From positions 256,001 through 320,000 of the forward strand of contig CAXXWS020000002.1 in the NCBI GenBank assembly GCA_963665325.3: a stretch of 64,000 nucleotides of DNA, read 5' to 3'. Shown here piece after piece: positions 21,784 through 31,856 of this stretch (positions are counted from its first letter, which is position 1; each line of letters opens with the position of its first letter). Origin of the DNA: Alphaproteobacteria bacterium (lineage in GTDB: Bacteria; Pseudomonadota; Alphaproteobacteria; Bin95). A program made the translations under genes and the position numbers. The notes under the pieces are model-generated. The model was not told the origin of the DNA, did not search any database, and saw only the letters and a program-made list of their open reading frames with translations.

Positions 21784-22866
21784 ATGGAGGTCTGGACCGG
21801 TTGCATGCCTGCGCCGCGCCGCATCGTTCATGAGGCGCGGGAGCTGGAGGAAAGCGGCTGGGATGGCATAAACGTCGTCGATTCCCAGAACCTCGCCGCG
21901 GATTCCTTTGTCGCGCTGGCCATGGCGGCGACCTCGACAGAGCGGCTGAAGCTCGGCACCGGCGTCTCCAATCCGGTCACGCGAACCGCTGCAGTCCTGG
22001 CCTCGGCGACGGCCACCGTGCACAGCGTCTCGCGCGGGCGGATGACGCTTGGCATCGGCCGCGGCGACTCCGCACTCGCGCATCTGGGCAGGGCGCCGGC
22101 GCGGCTTGGGCAATTCGAGCGCTATCTTCGCCATCTCCAGGCCTATCTTTCCGGCGGCAACGTGCCGTTCGACGAACTCGTCGATATTCCTGCTGCTTCC
22201 GCGCCGCCGGTAGAAACCCTTGGGCTTGCAGAGACCCCGGACGTGAGCGGGATCCGATGGATTGCCGGCACGACGGCGAGGGACGGCAAGCCGCTTGTCG
22301 AGGTCGCGGCGACAGGGCCGAAGGTCATCGCCATCGCGGCGCGGCTGGCCGACAGGGTGATGTTCGCCCTTGGTGCCTCGCCGGAGCGGATCGGCTGGGG
22401 CATCGGCATTGCCCGCGCCGCGCGGGAGGCGGCGGGCCTCGATCCGGAGGGCCTGCGCTTCGGCGCCTATGTCTCCTGCGGCTGCCATCCTGACATGGAA
22501 ACGGCCCGGGACATGGTGCGCGGCAACCTGACGGTCTTTGCGCGCTTCGCCATCATGCACGGCAGGACGAGCGGCCCACTCTCCGACCGGAGCCGGGACG
22601 TGATGCGGAAATTGCGCAGCGCCTATGACATGCACAGGCACACGCAGGGAGACTCAGCCCAGGCAGCGGTGCTCACGCCCGAGTTCATTGAGGAATATGC
22701 CGCCGTCGGATCGCCGGAGCAGGTTCTGGAACGGCTAGCCGGGCTGCGGGAGCTGGGACTGGATAAAGTCGTCATCAACGGCAAGTGGCGCAGCGCCAGA
22801 GGCGGTTCCGGCGCCGCCGCCAGACAGTTGATCGAGACAGAGGTCCTTCCCGCGCTGCGCGCTTGA
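21784..22866 (+). CDS. Luciferase-like (LLM) flavin/F420-dependent oxidoreductase, Mer-like
   Basis: DSQNL, RLKLGTGVSNPVTR, GRMTLGIGRGDS, AATGPKVIAIAARLAD; start 21763 (TTG) or 21784 (ATG). Confidence 0.88.
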   Translation: MEVWTGCMPAPRRIVHEARELEESGWDGINVVDSQNLAADSFVALAMAATSTERLKLGTGVSNPVTRTAAVLASATATVHSVSRGRMTLGIGRGDSALAHLGRAPARLGQFERYLRHLQAYLSGGNVPFDELVDIPAASAPPVETLGLAETPDVSGIRWIAGTTARDGKPLVEVAATGPKVIAIAARLADRVMFALGASPERIGWGIGIARAAREAAGLDPEGLRFGAYVSCGCHPDMETARDMVRGNLTVFARFAIMHGRTSGPLSDRSRDVMRKLRSAYDMHRHTQGDSAQAAVLTPEFIEEYAAVGSPEQVLERLAGLRELGLDKVVINGKWRSARGGSGAAARQLIETEVLPALRA

Positions 22867-22869
22867 CCG

Positions 22870-23811
22870 CTATCCCCAGGCCAGTTCGGCGAAGCCCTCG
22901 AGGCGGCGTGTGCAGGTGTCCTCGTCCGGGCTCTCATAGCCGACGATGAGCGTTTCCAGGCCGGCTTCGGCGAAGGCCGCGAGGTCGTCGCGGATGGCGG
23001 CACGGTCGCCGGTGAAGGGGCGGCGGTTGCCCTCGTCGTCGAGAACCGTCTCGCCGGGCATCACCCAGATGGCGTAGAGGCTGCCGGAAGGCGCCGGTCG
23101 CCCGGCTTCTTCGGCCGTTTCCCTCACCTGGGCGAGGCCGGCGGCGTAGCGTTCCGGCGTGTTGAACCGCCAGCGGGGATGGTTGCCGAGCGGATACCAG
23201 GCGTCGCCCAGCCGCCCCGCGCGGCGCCGGGCCGCCGGGCTCTCGCCGCCGACCCAGATTGGGGGATGCGGCTTCTGCGCGGGCTTCGGCGAGAACAGCA
23301 ATCCGTCGAAGGCCACATGCTGCCCCGCATAGGCCGGCGCTGGCTCCGTCCAGAGACTGCGGAAGGCTTCCAGCGTCTCGTTGGCCACCGCGCCCCGGCG
23401 TTCGAAGTCCGGCGCGTCCAGCAGGTCGAACTCTTCGCGCAGCCAGCCGACGCCGACGCCGAGCGTCAGCCTGCCGGCCGAGAGTATGTCCGCCGTTGCG
23501 AGCATCTTTGCGGCAAGCAGGGGCGGGCGGTGGCCCAGCACCATGACAGAGGTAAGCAGCCGGATGCGCTCGGTTGCAGCCGCGAGGAAGCCGACCGTCG
23601 TCACCTGCTCCAGGCATTCGCCCGTGTCCTCCGCGAACCAGCGCCCGTCCTTCGTATAGGGATAGGTCGTGGCGGAGGCGCGGGCGATCACCACATGGTC
23701 GCTGACGCCGAGATAGCCGTAGCCGGCGGCCTCGGCGCGCTGCGCCATTCGGCGCAGGGAATCCGGCTGTCCCGCGGGGCCTCGCAGGCCGAGATGAAGT
23801 CCGAATTGCAT
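22870..23811 (-). CDS. LLM-class probable F420-dependent oxidoreductase (Rv2161c-like)
   Basis: VSDHVV, AKMLATADILSAGRLTLGVGVGWLREEF, PKPAQKPHPPIWVGGES. Confidence 0.9.
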   Translation of the reverse strand: MQFGLHLGLRGPAGQPDSLRRMAQRAEAAGYGYLGVSDHVVIARASATTYPYTKDGRWFAEDTGECLEQVTTVGFLAAATERIRLLTSVMVLGHRPPLLAAKMLATADILSAGRLTLGVGVGWLREEFDLLDAPDFERRGAVANETLEAFRSLWTEPAPAYAGQHVAFDGLLFSPKPAQKPHPPIWVGGESPAARRRAGRLGDAWYPLGNHPRWRFNTPERYAAGLAQVRETAEEAGRPAPSGSLYAIWVMPGETVLDDEGNRRPFTGDRAAIRDDLAAFAEAGLETLIVGYESPDEDTCTRRLEGFAELAWG

Positions 23812-23856
23812 GGTGCTCGGTCTCCCTTGGGCTGTTCCGGGACCTGCCTCCAGCGC

Positions 23857-25116
23857 TCAGATGCTCCTGAGCGTTAGCCAGGCGCGGAACGCGGTCTCGA
23901 ACGCGGCGGCGCGAACCGGGCGCAGGCGATCGGCGCTGACCTTGTGTGCCGGCAGCGGCGGCGGATCGCCCCCGAGTGCGGCGTCGGCGAGCCAGTGGCC
24001 GAGCACCGTGCCGGGCCCGATGCCGCGGCCGTTATAGCCCATCACGGCCCAGAGGCCGCGCGCCGGGGTGAGCAGGCGGGGCAGGTGGTCGCGGGTAAGT
24101 GCGATGCGCCCGTGCCACGCGCACTCCCAGTCCAGCTTACCGAGCGCTGGAAACAGCCTGCGGGCGGTCCTATCCGCCCAGCGCTCGGACAGCCGGCCGG
24201 CAAGGCGGCCCATGCTACCGAGGATCAGCCGTCCGGCGCGATCCCGCCTTGCCGAGGTCATCACCGGCGCCGTATCCCACACGCCCTGGCGGCCCGGCAC
24301 GATGTCCGCGCCCGCTTCGCCGAGCGGCTTGCTGGCAATCTGGAAATAGTGGATCGGTGTGTAGGCCGCATCCGCGCCGAGGCCGCCGCCATAGGCATTG
24401 GTCGCCAGCAACACCTGCCCCGCACGAACGCGGCCGTGCGGCGTCTCGACGACCCAGCCGTTTCCGGCGCCGGAGACGCCGGAAACGGGCGTGCCGGCGA
24501 ATATGCGGGCGCCCGCATTGCGCCCGCCCGCGTCGATGGCGGCGGCGGCGAGGCCGCGTGCATAGCCGAGCGGGTTGATGGTGCCGGCCCGCCGATCCAG
24601 CAAGCCGCCGTGAAAGGCGCGGGTGCCGATGGCCTTTGCAGCGGCGTCGCGGTCCAGCAGTTCCACGGGTGCGCCCAGTGCTGACCAGGCTGCGCAGCGC
24701 TCTTCGAGCTCCCGCTGTCCCGATGGGCTGTGGGCGGCGTGGATCGTGCCCGTGCGGGTGGCCTCGCAGTCGATACCGTGCCGGTCGATCAGCGTGAACA
24801 CCCGGTCCGGCGCCTCGGAAAGCGCCGAGACCAGCTGTTCGCCGTTCTCCTTGCCAAGCGCCGCTTCGATGCGGTCTGGCGGTAGCCAGAGGCCGGCATT
24901 GACGAGGCCGACATTGCGCCCGGAGCCGCCATAGCCGATCTCGTTCGCCTCCAGCACGCAGCAGGTAACGCCGCGCTCGGAGAGGTGCAATGCGGCGGAG
25001 AGGCCGGTGAAGCCAGCACCGACAATGGCGACTTCGGTCTCGGTATCGCCGTCTAATGGCGGGCAGTCGGGTCCGGCCGGCGCTGTCCGGGCCCAGAGAG
25101 AGTCCAGCCTAGACAA
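23857..25116 (-). CDS. FAD-dependent oxidoreductase, DAO family (PuuB/OrdL-like)
   Basis: VAIVGAGFTGLSAA, GGSGRNVG, ATNAY, GYNGRGIGPGT; TTG start overlapping the upstream gene. Confidence 0.9.
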   Translation of the reverse strand: MSRLDSLWARTAPAGPDCPPLDGDTETEVAIVGAGFTGLSAALHLSERGVTCCVLEANEIGYGGSGRNVGLVNAGLWLPPDRIEAALGKENGEQLVSALSEAPDRVFTLIDRHGIDCEATRTGTIHAAHSPSGQRELEERCAAWSALGAPVELLDRDAAAKAIGTRAFHGGLLDRRAGTINPLGYARGLAAAAIDAGGRNAGARIFAGTPVSGVSGAGNGWVVETPHGRVRAGQVLLATNAYGGGLGADAAYTPIHYFQIASKPLGEAGADIVPGRQGVWDTAPVMTSARRDRAGRLILGSMGRLAGRLSERWADRTARRLFPALGKLDWECAWHGRIALTRDHLPRLLTPARGLWAVMGYNGRGIGPGTVLGHWLADAALGGDPPPLPAHKVSADRLRPVRAAAFETAFRAWLTLRSI

Positions 25117-26275
25117 CCGACAAATCGGCCGGGTGGCCCATCAGGAAGGCCCCTACGGTGCGAAAATGCGACTTGCGGCCCTGGAGTTGCTGCGTGACGG
25201 AATGGAGGTCGCGGAAGCGGCGCTCAAACTCCGCTTCGGCGAAGATCGCGCTCGCACCAGCCGCGTCGTAGAGCAGGTCGGCGGCCGTCTTCGCTTCGTG
25301 TATGGCGAAGGTGGAGGCGAGGCGGATGCGGATCCGGTCCGCAATTTCCAGCCGGCCCGATTTCTGGGTTGCCGCCCAGATGTCCTCGACCTCGGAGAGT
25401 ACGAAGGCGCGCGCCGAGCGGATGCGCGCAACGGCCTGCGCGGTGTCGTACTGGACGAGGTCGTTGTCCGCGAGGCGCGACTTGTGGAGGCGGGGCGTCT
25501 TGTCCTGTGCCAGCGCCATGAAGGCGTCCAGCACGCCCTGTGCGATGCCGAGCGCCGTGCCGGCAAAGCCCATAGCGTACATGTTCATGCTGAGGAACAG
25601 GTAGAGCGGCGCCTCATATTGGCGGTAGTCCGCCTCGTCCCGGACCGTGGTAAAGGCCGCCGGCACGAAGCGGTCCTTCAGCGTGTAGCCATCGCTCGCT
25701 GTGCCGCGCAGGCCGATGGTGTTCCAGATGTCCTCGATCTCGATGCTCGAAGCCGGCATCAGGAAAGACCGGATGAGCGGCGAGCCGTTGGGCATCCGCT
25801 GGCGCTCGCCGCTTTCGTCCACGACCGGCATATGCGCGCCGAGCCAGGTCGCGTGGCGGGCTCCGCTGGCGAAGGCGATCTTCGCATCGATCCGGTATCC
25901 GCCCTCGACTTCGCGGGCTTCGGCCGGTCCCGGCCCCCAGGCGAGCACGGCGGCCGGGTCGCCGCCCCACATTTCCTCCGCGACTTCCGGCGCGAGATAG
26001 GCGGCGGCCATGGCGCAGCCGTTCGCCTGACAGAGGCACCAGGCGGTGCTGCCGTCGTGGCGCGCAATTTCGGAGATCGTCTTGAAGAACAGCGGCGGCG
26101 GCGTCTCCAGCCCACCATAAGGCTTCGGCAGCAGCATCCGGAACAATTTGTGCTCGTGCAGCGCTTCGAGCAGGTCGGGCGTCAGCCGCCGCTGTCGGTC
26201 GATCTCCAGCGCGGCCGCCTCTATCTCGGAGCCGATGCCGCGCACGGCATCGAGCACATTGTCCGGGCGGGACAT
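25109..26275 (-). CDS. Acyl-CoA-dehydrogenase-fold flavin-dependent monooxygenase (HsaA-like)
   Basis: RMLLPKPYGGLE, DGSTAWC, FASGARHATW, WNTIGLRGTAS, ERRFRDLH. Confidence 0.88.
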   Translation of the reverse strand: MSRPDNVLDAVRGIGSEIEAAALEIDRQRRLTPDLLEALHEHKLFRMLLPKPYGGLETPPPLFFKTISEIARHDGSTAWCLCQANGCAMAAAYLAPEVAEEMWGGDPAAVLAWGPGPAEAREVEGGYRIDAKIAFASGARHATWLGAHMPVVDESGERQRMPNGSPLIRSFLMPASSIEIEDIWNTIGLRGTASDGYTLKDRFVPAAFTTVRDEADYRQYEAPLYLFLSMNMYAMGFAGTALGIAQGVLDAFMALAQDKTPRLHKSRLADNDLVQYDTAQAVARIRSARAFVLSEVEDIWAATQKSGRLEIADRIRIRLASTFAIHEAKTAADLLYDAAGASAIFAEAEFERRFRDLHSVTQQLQGRKSHFRTVGAFLMGHPADLSVV

Positions 26276-27354
26276 CAGAACATGATGACGCTGCGCGCCA
26301 CGCTGCCTGATTTCATATCGTCGAAAGCCTGGTTGATATCCTTGAGCTCGATGCGTTGCGAGATCATCTCGTCGAGGCGCAGCTTGCCGTTCAGGTAGAA
26401 ATCGACGAGGCGGGGCATGTCCACCCGGAACCGGTTCGAGCCCATGGTCGAGCCCTGGATGCGCTTCTCGCGCAGGAACTCCGGCCCGTGCAGCTCGATC
26501 TTGGTGCCGACCGGCACCATACCAACGATGGTCGCCGTGCCGCCCGGACGGATCATGCGGAAGGCGTTCTCAGACGTGGCCTTGAGGCCAATGCACTCGA
26601 TGGCGTGGTGGACGCCGCCACCGGTGATCTCCCGCACCTCGCCGACCATGTCCTGCTCTGTCGCGTCGATCACATGCGTTGCGCCGAACTCCTTGGCGAG
26701 GTTGAGCTTGGAGCCGACCGTGTCGATGGCGATGATCCGCCCGGCCCCGGCTATGGCCGCACCGTTGACGGCCGAGAGCCCCACGCCGCCGCAGCCGATG
26801 ATCGCCACGTCCATGCCGGGCTCGACCTTGGCCGTGTGGAAGACGGCGCCCACGCCCGTCATCACGCCGCAGCCGATGAGCGCGGCGCGGTCGAGCGGCA
26901 TGTCCTCGCGCACCTTCACCAGCGCGTGCTCATGCACCAGCATCATCTCGGCATAGGAGGAGAGGTTGGCGAACTGCGTCATCGGCGCGCCGCCCTTGGC
27001 CAGCCGCGGCTCGTCCTCCGGGCCACGCTGCAGGTCCGGGTTATCGCAGAGCGACATATGCCCGGTCAGGCAGTATTCGCACTCGCCGCAAAAGGCGGAG
27101 AGGCAGGTGATGATGTGGTCGCCCTTCTTGACATAGGTGACCTGCTCGCCGACCTCCTCGACGATGCCGGCGCTCTCGTGGCCCAGCACGATGGGCAGCT
27201 TCGCCGGGTAGAGGCCCTCGACGAAATGCAGGTCCGAGTGGCAGACGCCGGCCGCCACAGTGCGCACCAGCACTTCGCGCGGGCCGGGCTTCGATATCTC
27301 CACATCCTCGATTTCGAGCGGCGTGCCGACTTCGCGGAATACGGCGGCTTTCAT
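26275..27354 (-). CDS. Zn-dependent alcohol dehydrogenase (class III-like)
   Basis: GVCHSD, GHESAG, CGECEYC..C structural Zn, GCGGVG NAD-binding motif. Confidence 0.95.
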   Translation of the reverse strand: MKAAVFREVGTPLEIEDVEISKPGPREVLVRTVAAGVCHSDLHFVEGLYPAKLPIVLGHESAGIVEEVGEQVTYVKKGDHIITCLSAFCGECEYCLTGHMSLCDNPDLQRGPEDEPRLAKGGAPMTQFANLSSYAEMMLVHEHALVKVREDMPLDRAALIGCGVMTGVGAVFHTAKVEPGMDVAIIGCGGVGLSAVNGAAIAGAGRIIAIDTVGSKLNLAKEFGATHVIDATEQDMVGEVREITGGGVHHAIECIGLKATSENAFRMIRPGGTATIVGMVPVGTKIELHGPEFLREKRIQGSTMGSNRFRVDMPRLVDFYLNGKLRLDEMISQRIELKDINQAFDDMKSGSVARSVIMF

Positions 27355-27424
27355 GGGCGTCGTCCTCTCCCGGTATCTTGCTGTCCTCAGGGGCGATGAT
27401 GCCCCAAGCCGGCCACTGGCGGAA

Positions 27425-28444
27425 TCAGTTCTTGGACCGGTCCACCAGCGCGTTTTCGCCGATCCACGGCATCATGCCGCGCAAGCGTGCGCCGACTTCC
27501 TCCACCGGATGCTCCGCCGCGCGCCGGCGCATGGCCTTGAAGCTCGCCTGCCCGGCGGCGTTCTCCAGCACCCATTCGCGTGCGAAGGCGCCCGACTGGA
27601 TTTCGCCCAGAATGGTTTTCATCCGCTCCTTCACGCCAGCGTCCACAATGCGCGGGCCGCGGCTGTAATCGCCGTATTCCGCCGTGTTGGAAACCGAATA
27701 GCGCATCTGCGCGAGGCCGCCCTCATAGATGAGGTCCACGATCAGCTTTACTTCGTGGACGCACTCGAAATAGGCCATTTCCGGGGCGTAGCCGGCTTCG
27801 CAGAGCGTCTCGTAGCCGGCCTGGATCAGCGACGTGATGCCGCCGCAAAGCACGGTCTGCTCGCCGAACAGGTCGGTCTCGCACTCTTCCTTCATGGTTG
27901 TCTCGATGACGCCGGCCCGGCCCGCGCCGAGGGCGCATGCATAGGAGAGGCCGAGTTCCTGGCAGTTGCCGGAGGCGTCCGCATGGACTGCCAGCAGGCT
28001 CGGCACGCCCGCGCCGCGCACATATTCGGAGCGCACCAGGTGGCCCGGGCCCTTGGGCGCGACCATGAACACGTCGAGGTCGGAACGCGGCTCGATGAGG
28101 TTGAAATGGATCGAGAGGCCGTGCGCGACGGCGAGCGCGGCGCCTTCCTTCATGTTGCCGGCAAGGTCGCCGGAATAGAGCGCCGAATGGCCCTCGTCGG
28201 GGGTGAGCATCATCACCACATCGGCAGTCCGCGCCGCCGCATCGGGCGTCATCACGGTGAAGCCGGCGCCCTCGGCCTTCGGCCGGCTGCCGGAGCCTTC
28301 GCGCAGGCCGACGATGACGTTCTCGACGCCGCTCTCCCGCAGGTTGTTGGCATGGGCATGGCCCTGGCTGCCATAGCCCAGTATGGCGACGGTCCGCGAC
28401 TTGATGAGGTTGAGATCGGCGTCGCGATCGTAATAGACGCGCAT
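27425..28444 (-). CDS. ilvC: Ketol-acid reductoisomerase
   Basis: [44 protein letters not shown]. Confidence 0.98.
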   Translation of the reverse strand: MRVYYDRDADLNLIKSRTVAILGYGSQGHAHANNLRESGVENVIVGLREGSGSRPKAEGAGFTVMTPDAAARTADVVMMLTPDEGHSALYSGDLAGNMKEGAALAVAHGLSIHFNLIEPRSDLDVFMVAPKGPGHLVRSEYVRGAGVPSLLAVHADASGNCQELGLSYACALGAGRAGVIETTMKEECETDLFGEQTVLCGGITSLIQAGYETLCEAGYAPEMAYFECVHEVKLIVDLIYEGGLAQMRYSVSNTAEYGDYSRGPRIVDAGVKERMKTILGEIQSGAFAREWVLENAAGQASFKAMRRRAAEHPVEEVGARLRGMMPWIGENALVDRSKN

Positions 28445-28486
28445 GGGGCAGGCTTCCTTTCTATCGTCGTGTCTGTTCGCAGGCGT

Positions 28487-29044
28487 TCACATGCCTTCGG
28501 CGCCGCGGGCGATGGCCACGACGCCGGTCCGCGCCAGGTCCGTCAGGCCGAGCGGGCGCATCAGGTCGATGAAGGCGTCAATCTTTTCCGTCGAGCCGGT
28601 CACCTCGAACACGAAGGACCGATGCGTGCTGTCCACGGCGCGCGCCCGGAAGATGTCGGCAATGCGCAGCGCCTCGATCCGCCGCGGGCCGCCGCCGACC
28701 ACCTTCACGAGCACCAGTTCGCGCTCGATATGCGGGCCTTCGCTGCTGAGGTCGGACACGCGGTGGACGGGCACCAGTCTCGCAAGCTGTGCCTTGATCT
28801 GCTCCAGCACCATGAGCGTGCCGGAGGTGACGACGGTTATGCGGGAGAGATGGCCGGTCGGATCGATCTCCGCGACCGTGAGGCTCTCGATATTGTAGCC
28901 GCGGCCCGAGAACAGGCCGATGACGCGCGCCAGCACGCCGGGTTCGTTGTCCACGACAACGGCGAAGATACGCCTTTCCTGCGATTGCTCGGTGGCGGCC
29001 AAGTAGGTCTCTCCTCGCGCCGGGCGGCCAGAATTCAGGGCCAA
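28487..29044 (-). CDS. ilvN: Acetolactate synthase small subunit
   Basis: ACT domain NEPGVLARVIGLFSGRGYNIESLTV, ERELVLVKV, ARTG; start (TTG) uncertain. Confidence 0.95.
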   Translation of the reverse strand: MALNSGRPARGETYLAATEQSQERRIFAVVVDNEPGVLARVIGLFSGRGYNIESLTVAEIDPTGHLSRITVVTSGTLMVLEQIKAQLARLVPVHRVSDLSSEGPHIERELVLVKVVGGGPRRIEALRIADIFRARAVDSTHRSFVFEVTGSTEKIDAFIDLMRPLGLTDLARTGVVAIARGAEGM

Positions 29045-29046
29045 TC

Positions 29047-30810
29047 CTAGACGAGGACCATGCCTTCGGCGTCGATCTCCGCCTCCGGGTCTTCCATGCC
29101 GCCCAGGATCATCTCGTTATGCGCCTTGCCGGAGGGAATCATCGGGAAGCAATTTTCCTTCTGCGCGACACGCACGTCGGCGATGACCGGGCCGTCGGCG
29201 GCGATCATCGCGTCAATCAGGCCGTCCATCTCGTCCGGCCGCTCTGCACGCAGTCCCGTCCAGCCGAAGGCTTCGGCGAGGCGCACGAAGTCGGGCAGGC
29301 TGTCGGTGTAGCTCTCGGAATAGCGCTCGCCGTGCAGCAGCTCCTGCCACTGGCGCACCATGCCCATCCACTGGTTGTTCAGGATGAAGAGCTTGACCGG
29401 CAACCGGTATTGCGAGGCGGTGGAGAGTTCCTGGATGTTCATCAGGATCGAGGCCTCGCCGGCCACATCGATCACAAGGGCGTCCGGATGCGCGACCTGC
29501 ACGCCGATGGCCGCCGGCAATCCATAGCCCATCGTCCCGAGTCCGCCCGATGTCATCCAGTGGTTGGGCCGCTCGAAGCGCAGGAACTGCGCTGCCCACA
29601 TCTGGTGCTGGCCGACCTCGGTGGTCACGAACACATCGTCGCGGCCGGCGATCTTCGCCTGGAGGCGCTCAAGGGCGTATTGCGGCTTGATGACCGTGTC
29701 GTCCTGCTCGTATTTCAAGCAATCGCGCTGGCGCCACTTTGCGATCTGGCGCCACCATTTTTCGATGGCACGGTGGTCCGTGTGCCCGCCGCGCGACGAC
29801 CACAGCCGCCGGATCGCATCGACCGCCTTGCCTGCGTCCGCCACGACCGGCACATCGACCATAACGTTCTTGTTGATCGAGGACGGGTCGATGTCGATAT
29901 GCACTTTCTTGGCGTTGGGCGCGAAGCCGCTCAGCAGGCCGGTTACCCGGTCGTCGAAGCGCGCGCCGACAGCAAGGATCAGGTCGGCGCCGTGCATGGC
30001 GAGATTGGCCTCGTAAAGGCCGTGCATGCCGAGCATGCCGACGGATTGCGGATGTGAGGCCGGGAAGGCACCGAGACCCATCAGCGTTTGGGTGCAGGGA
30101 AAGCCTGTGGCCTCGATCAGGCGGCGGAGCACGCGGCACGCAGCCGGTCCCGAATTGATGACGCCGCCCCCGACATAGATCACCGGCCGTTTCGCTTTCT
30201 CGATCAGCGCCACGGCTCTTTCCACCGCCTGCGGCTCGGGCCGCGTGCGGGGCTTGTAGCTCCTGTGCTTTACCTCCTCCGGCGGCTTGTAGGCGCCAGT
30301 GGCGAACTGCACGTCCTTGGGGATGTCCACCACCACCGGTCCGGGACGGCCGCTGCGTGCAACATAGAATGCCTCGTGAATAGTGCCGGCGACATCGTCC
30401 GCGCTGCGGATGAGGTAGTTGTGCTTGGTGCAGGGCCGGGTGATCCCGGTCGTGTCCGCCTCCTGGAAGGCGTCGTTGCCAATCAGGTGGGTCGGCACCT
30501 GGCCGGTCAGGCAGACGACCGGCACGCTGTCCATGAGCGCATCGGTGAGGCCGGTCACCGCGTTGGTCGCGCCGGGTCCCGAGGTCACGAGCACGACGCC
30601 GACCTTGCCGGTCGAGCGGGCATAGCCTTCCGCCGCGTGGACGGCGCCGCCTTCCTGGCGGACAAGGAAATGGCGCAGCTGGTTCTGCTTGAAGATCTCG
30701 TCATAGATCGGCAGCACGGCGCCGCCCGGATAGCCGAAGACCGCCTCGACACCCTGATCGACGAGGGCTTTGACGATCATTTCGGCGCCGGTCATGGTCC
30801 TGACGGTCAT
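29047..30810 (-). CDS. ilvB: Acetolactate synthase large subunit
   Basis: FGYPGGAVLP, TSGPGATN, AFQEAD, RFDDRVTG, VGQHQMW, SGGLGTMG, GMVRQWQ. Confidence 0.98.
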   Translation of the reverse strand: MTVRTMTGAEMIVKALVDQGVEAVFGYPGGAVLPIYDEIFKQNQLRHFLVRQEGGAVHAAEGYARSTGKVGVVLVTSGPGATNAVTGLTDALMDSVPVVCLTGQVPTHLIGNDAFQEADTTGITRPCTKHNYLIRSADDVAGTIHEAFYVARSGRPGPVVVDIPKDVQFATGAYKPPEEVKHRSYKPRTRPEPQAVERAVALIEKAKRPVIYVGGGVINSGPAACRVLRRLIEATGFPCTQTLMGLGAFPASHPQSVGMLGMHGLYEANLAMHGADLILAVGARFDDRVTGLLSGFAPNAKKVHIDIDPSSINKNVMVDVPVVADAGKAVDAIRRLWSSRGGHTDHRAIEKWWRQIAKWRQRDCLKYEQDDTVIKPQYALERLQAKIAGRDDVFVTTEVGQHQMWAAQFLRFERPNHWMTSGGLGTMGYGLPAAIGVQVAHPDALVIDVAGEASILMNIQELSTASQYRLPVKLFILNNQWMGMVRQWQELLHGERYSESYTDSLPDFVRLAEAFGWTGLRAERPDEMDGLIDAMIAADGPVIADVRVAQKENCFPMIPSGKAHNEMILGGMEDPEAEIDAEGMVLV

Positions 30811-30844
30811 GGGCCTGTCTTCCGAATTCCGGGAGAGTGCGCGA

Positions 30845-30873
30845 ACCTAAACACCGCTAAACCGCTGGTCAAC
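30845..30873 (-). promoter_or_regulatory. Putative sigma70 promoter of ilvBNC
   Basis: Minus strand TTGACC-N17-TAGGTT about 35 nt upstream of the ATG; no room for an attenuator leader. Confidence 0.55.
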
Positions 30874-30923
30874 AGGCAGAACGGCATGTCCGGGGCTCCG
30901 TGGAAACCGCTCCCGGCGGCCTG

Positions 30924-31856
30924 TCACGGGCTGCGAACCGCCTCCGGCAGGCCGGCCATTGCGGCGGCGAACAGGGCAGGAGAATAGTCCTCCCGGAATC
31001 CTGCGTCGGCGCGAAGGCGGTTGCGGAACCAGGTGCGCTGGCGCTTGGCGAAGCGACGGGTGGCGAAGACCGCCCGCCTTTTGGCCTCGTCAAGCGCGAT
31101 CTTCCCGGCGAGACAGGCATGAAGCTCGGGCAGCCCCAGCGCCTTCATGGCGGGCAGGTCGGGATCGAGGCCCCGAAGGCGTTCCGCTTCCTCGACTGCG
31201 CCACTGGTGAGCATGGCGTGGAAGCGCTCTTCGATGCGCGCGTGCAGCCGTTCGCGCGGCGGGTCCAGCAGCACCGTCCAGGCCCGCAGCGGTTCGGGGC
31301 GCGGCCCTGCCTGCCAGTCCGTGAGCGGCGTCCCGGTCGCCTCGAACACCGCCCAGGCCCTGAGCAGCCGCTGGCGGTCGCCGGGCGGCACTCGCCGGGC
31401 GAGGTCCGGATCGCGCGCAGCGACCTCGCGGTGGAAGCCCTCAGCGCCCAGCGTTTCGTGGCGGGAACGGGCCATGGCCTCGAACCCGGGCGCGACCTCC
31501 GGCATGTCGGAAAGGCCGTGCAGCAGTGCCTCGACATAGAAGCCGGTGCCGCCGCAGAAGATCGCCGGCCCCCCATCCGGCTCGCGGAGTGTCCTGAGCG
31601 CCATCTCGCGCCAGCGCGCAGCGGAACACCGTTCCCAAGCGGACAGGACGCCGTAGAGACGGTGCGGCACCCGCGCCTCGTCGTCCCGCCCTGGCCGCGC
31701 ATTCAACACCCGGAGCTCGCGATAGACCTGCATGCTGTCGGCATTGACCACCCTGCCGCCGAGCGCGGCCGCCATTTCCAGCGCCAGCTTCGATTTGCCG
31801 CTCGCCGTGGGGCCCGCAATGACGATGATGGGCGGCGTGTCGCAGGAGGATGGCAT
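30924..31856 (-). CDS. miaA: tRNA dimethylallyltransferase
   Basis: IAGPTASGKS, VNADSMQVY, PHRLYG, GGTGFY, TRRFAKRQRTWFR. Confidence 0.97.
   Translation of the reverse strand: MPSSCDTPPIIVIAGPTASGKSKLALEMAAALGGRVVNADSMQVYRELRVLNARPGRDDEARVPHRLYGVLSAWERCSAARWREMALRTLREPDGGPAIFCGGTGFYVEALLHGLSDMPEVAPGFEAMARSRHETLGAEGFHREVAARDPDLARRVPPGDRQRLLRAWAVFEATGTPLTDWQAGPRPEPLRAWTVLLDPPRERLHARIEERFHAMLTSGAVEEAERLRGLDPDLPAMKALGLPELHACLAGKIALDEAKRRAVFATRRFAKRQRTWFRNRLRADAGFREDYSPALFAAAMAGLPEAVRSP

Noticed and set aside
20425-22641. 738-aa minus-strand ORF (likewise 7756-9837, 27260-29050, 45194-47044, 57396-59726)
   Set aside because: Antisense or off-frame shadows of well-supported genes, with low-complexity Arg/Gly/Ala/Pro or reverse-frame composition
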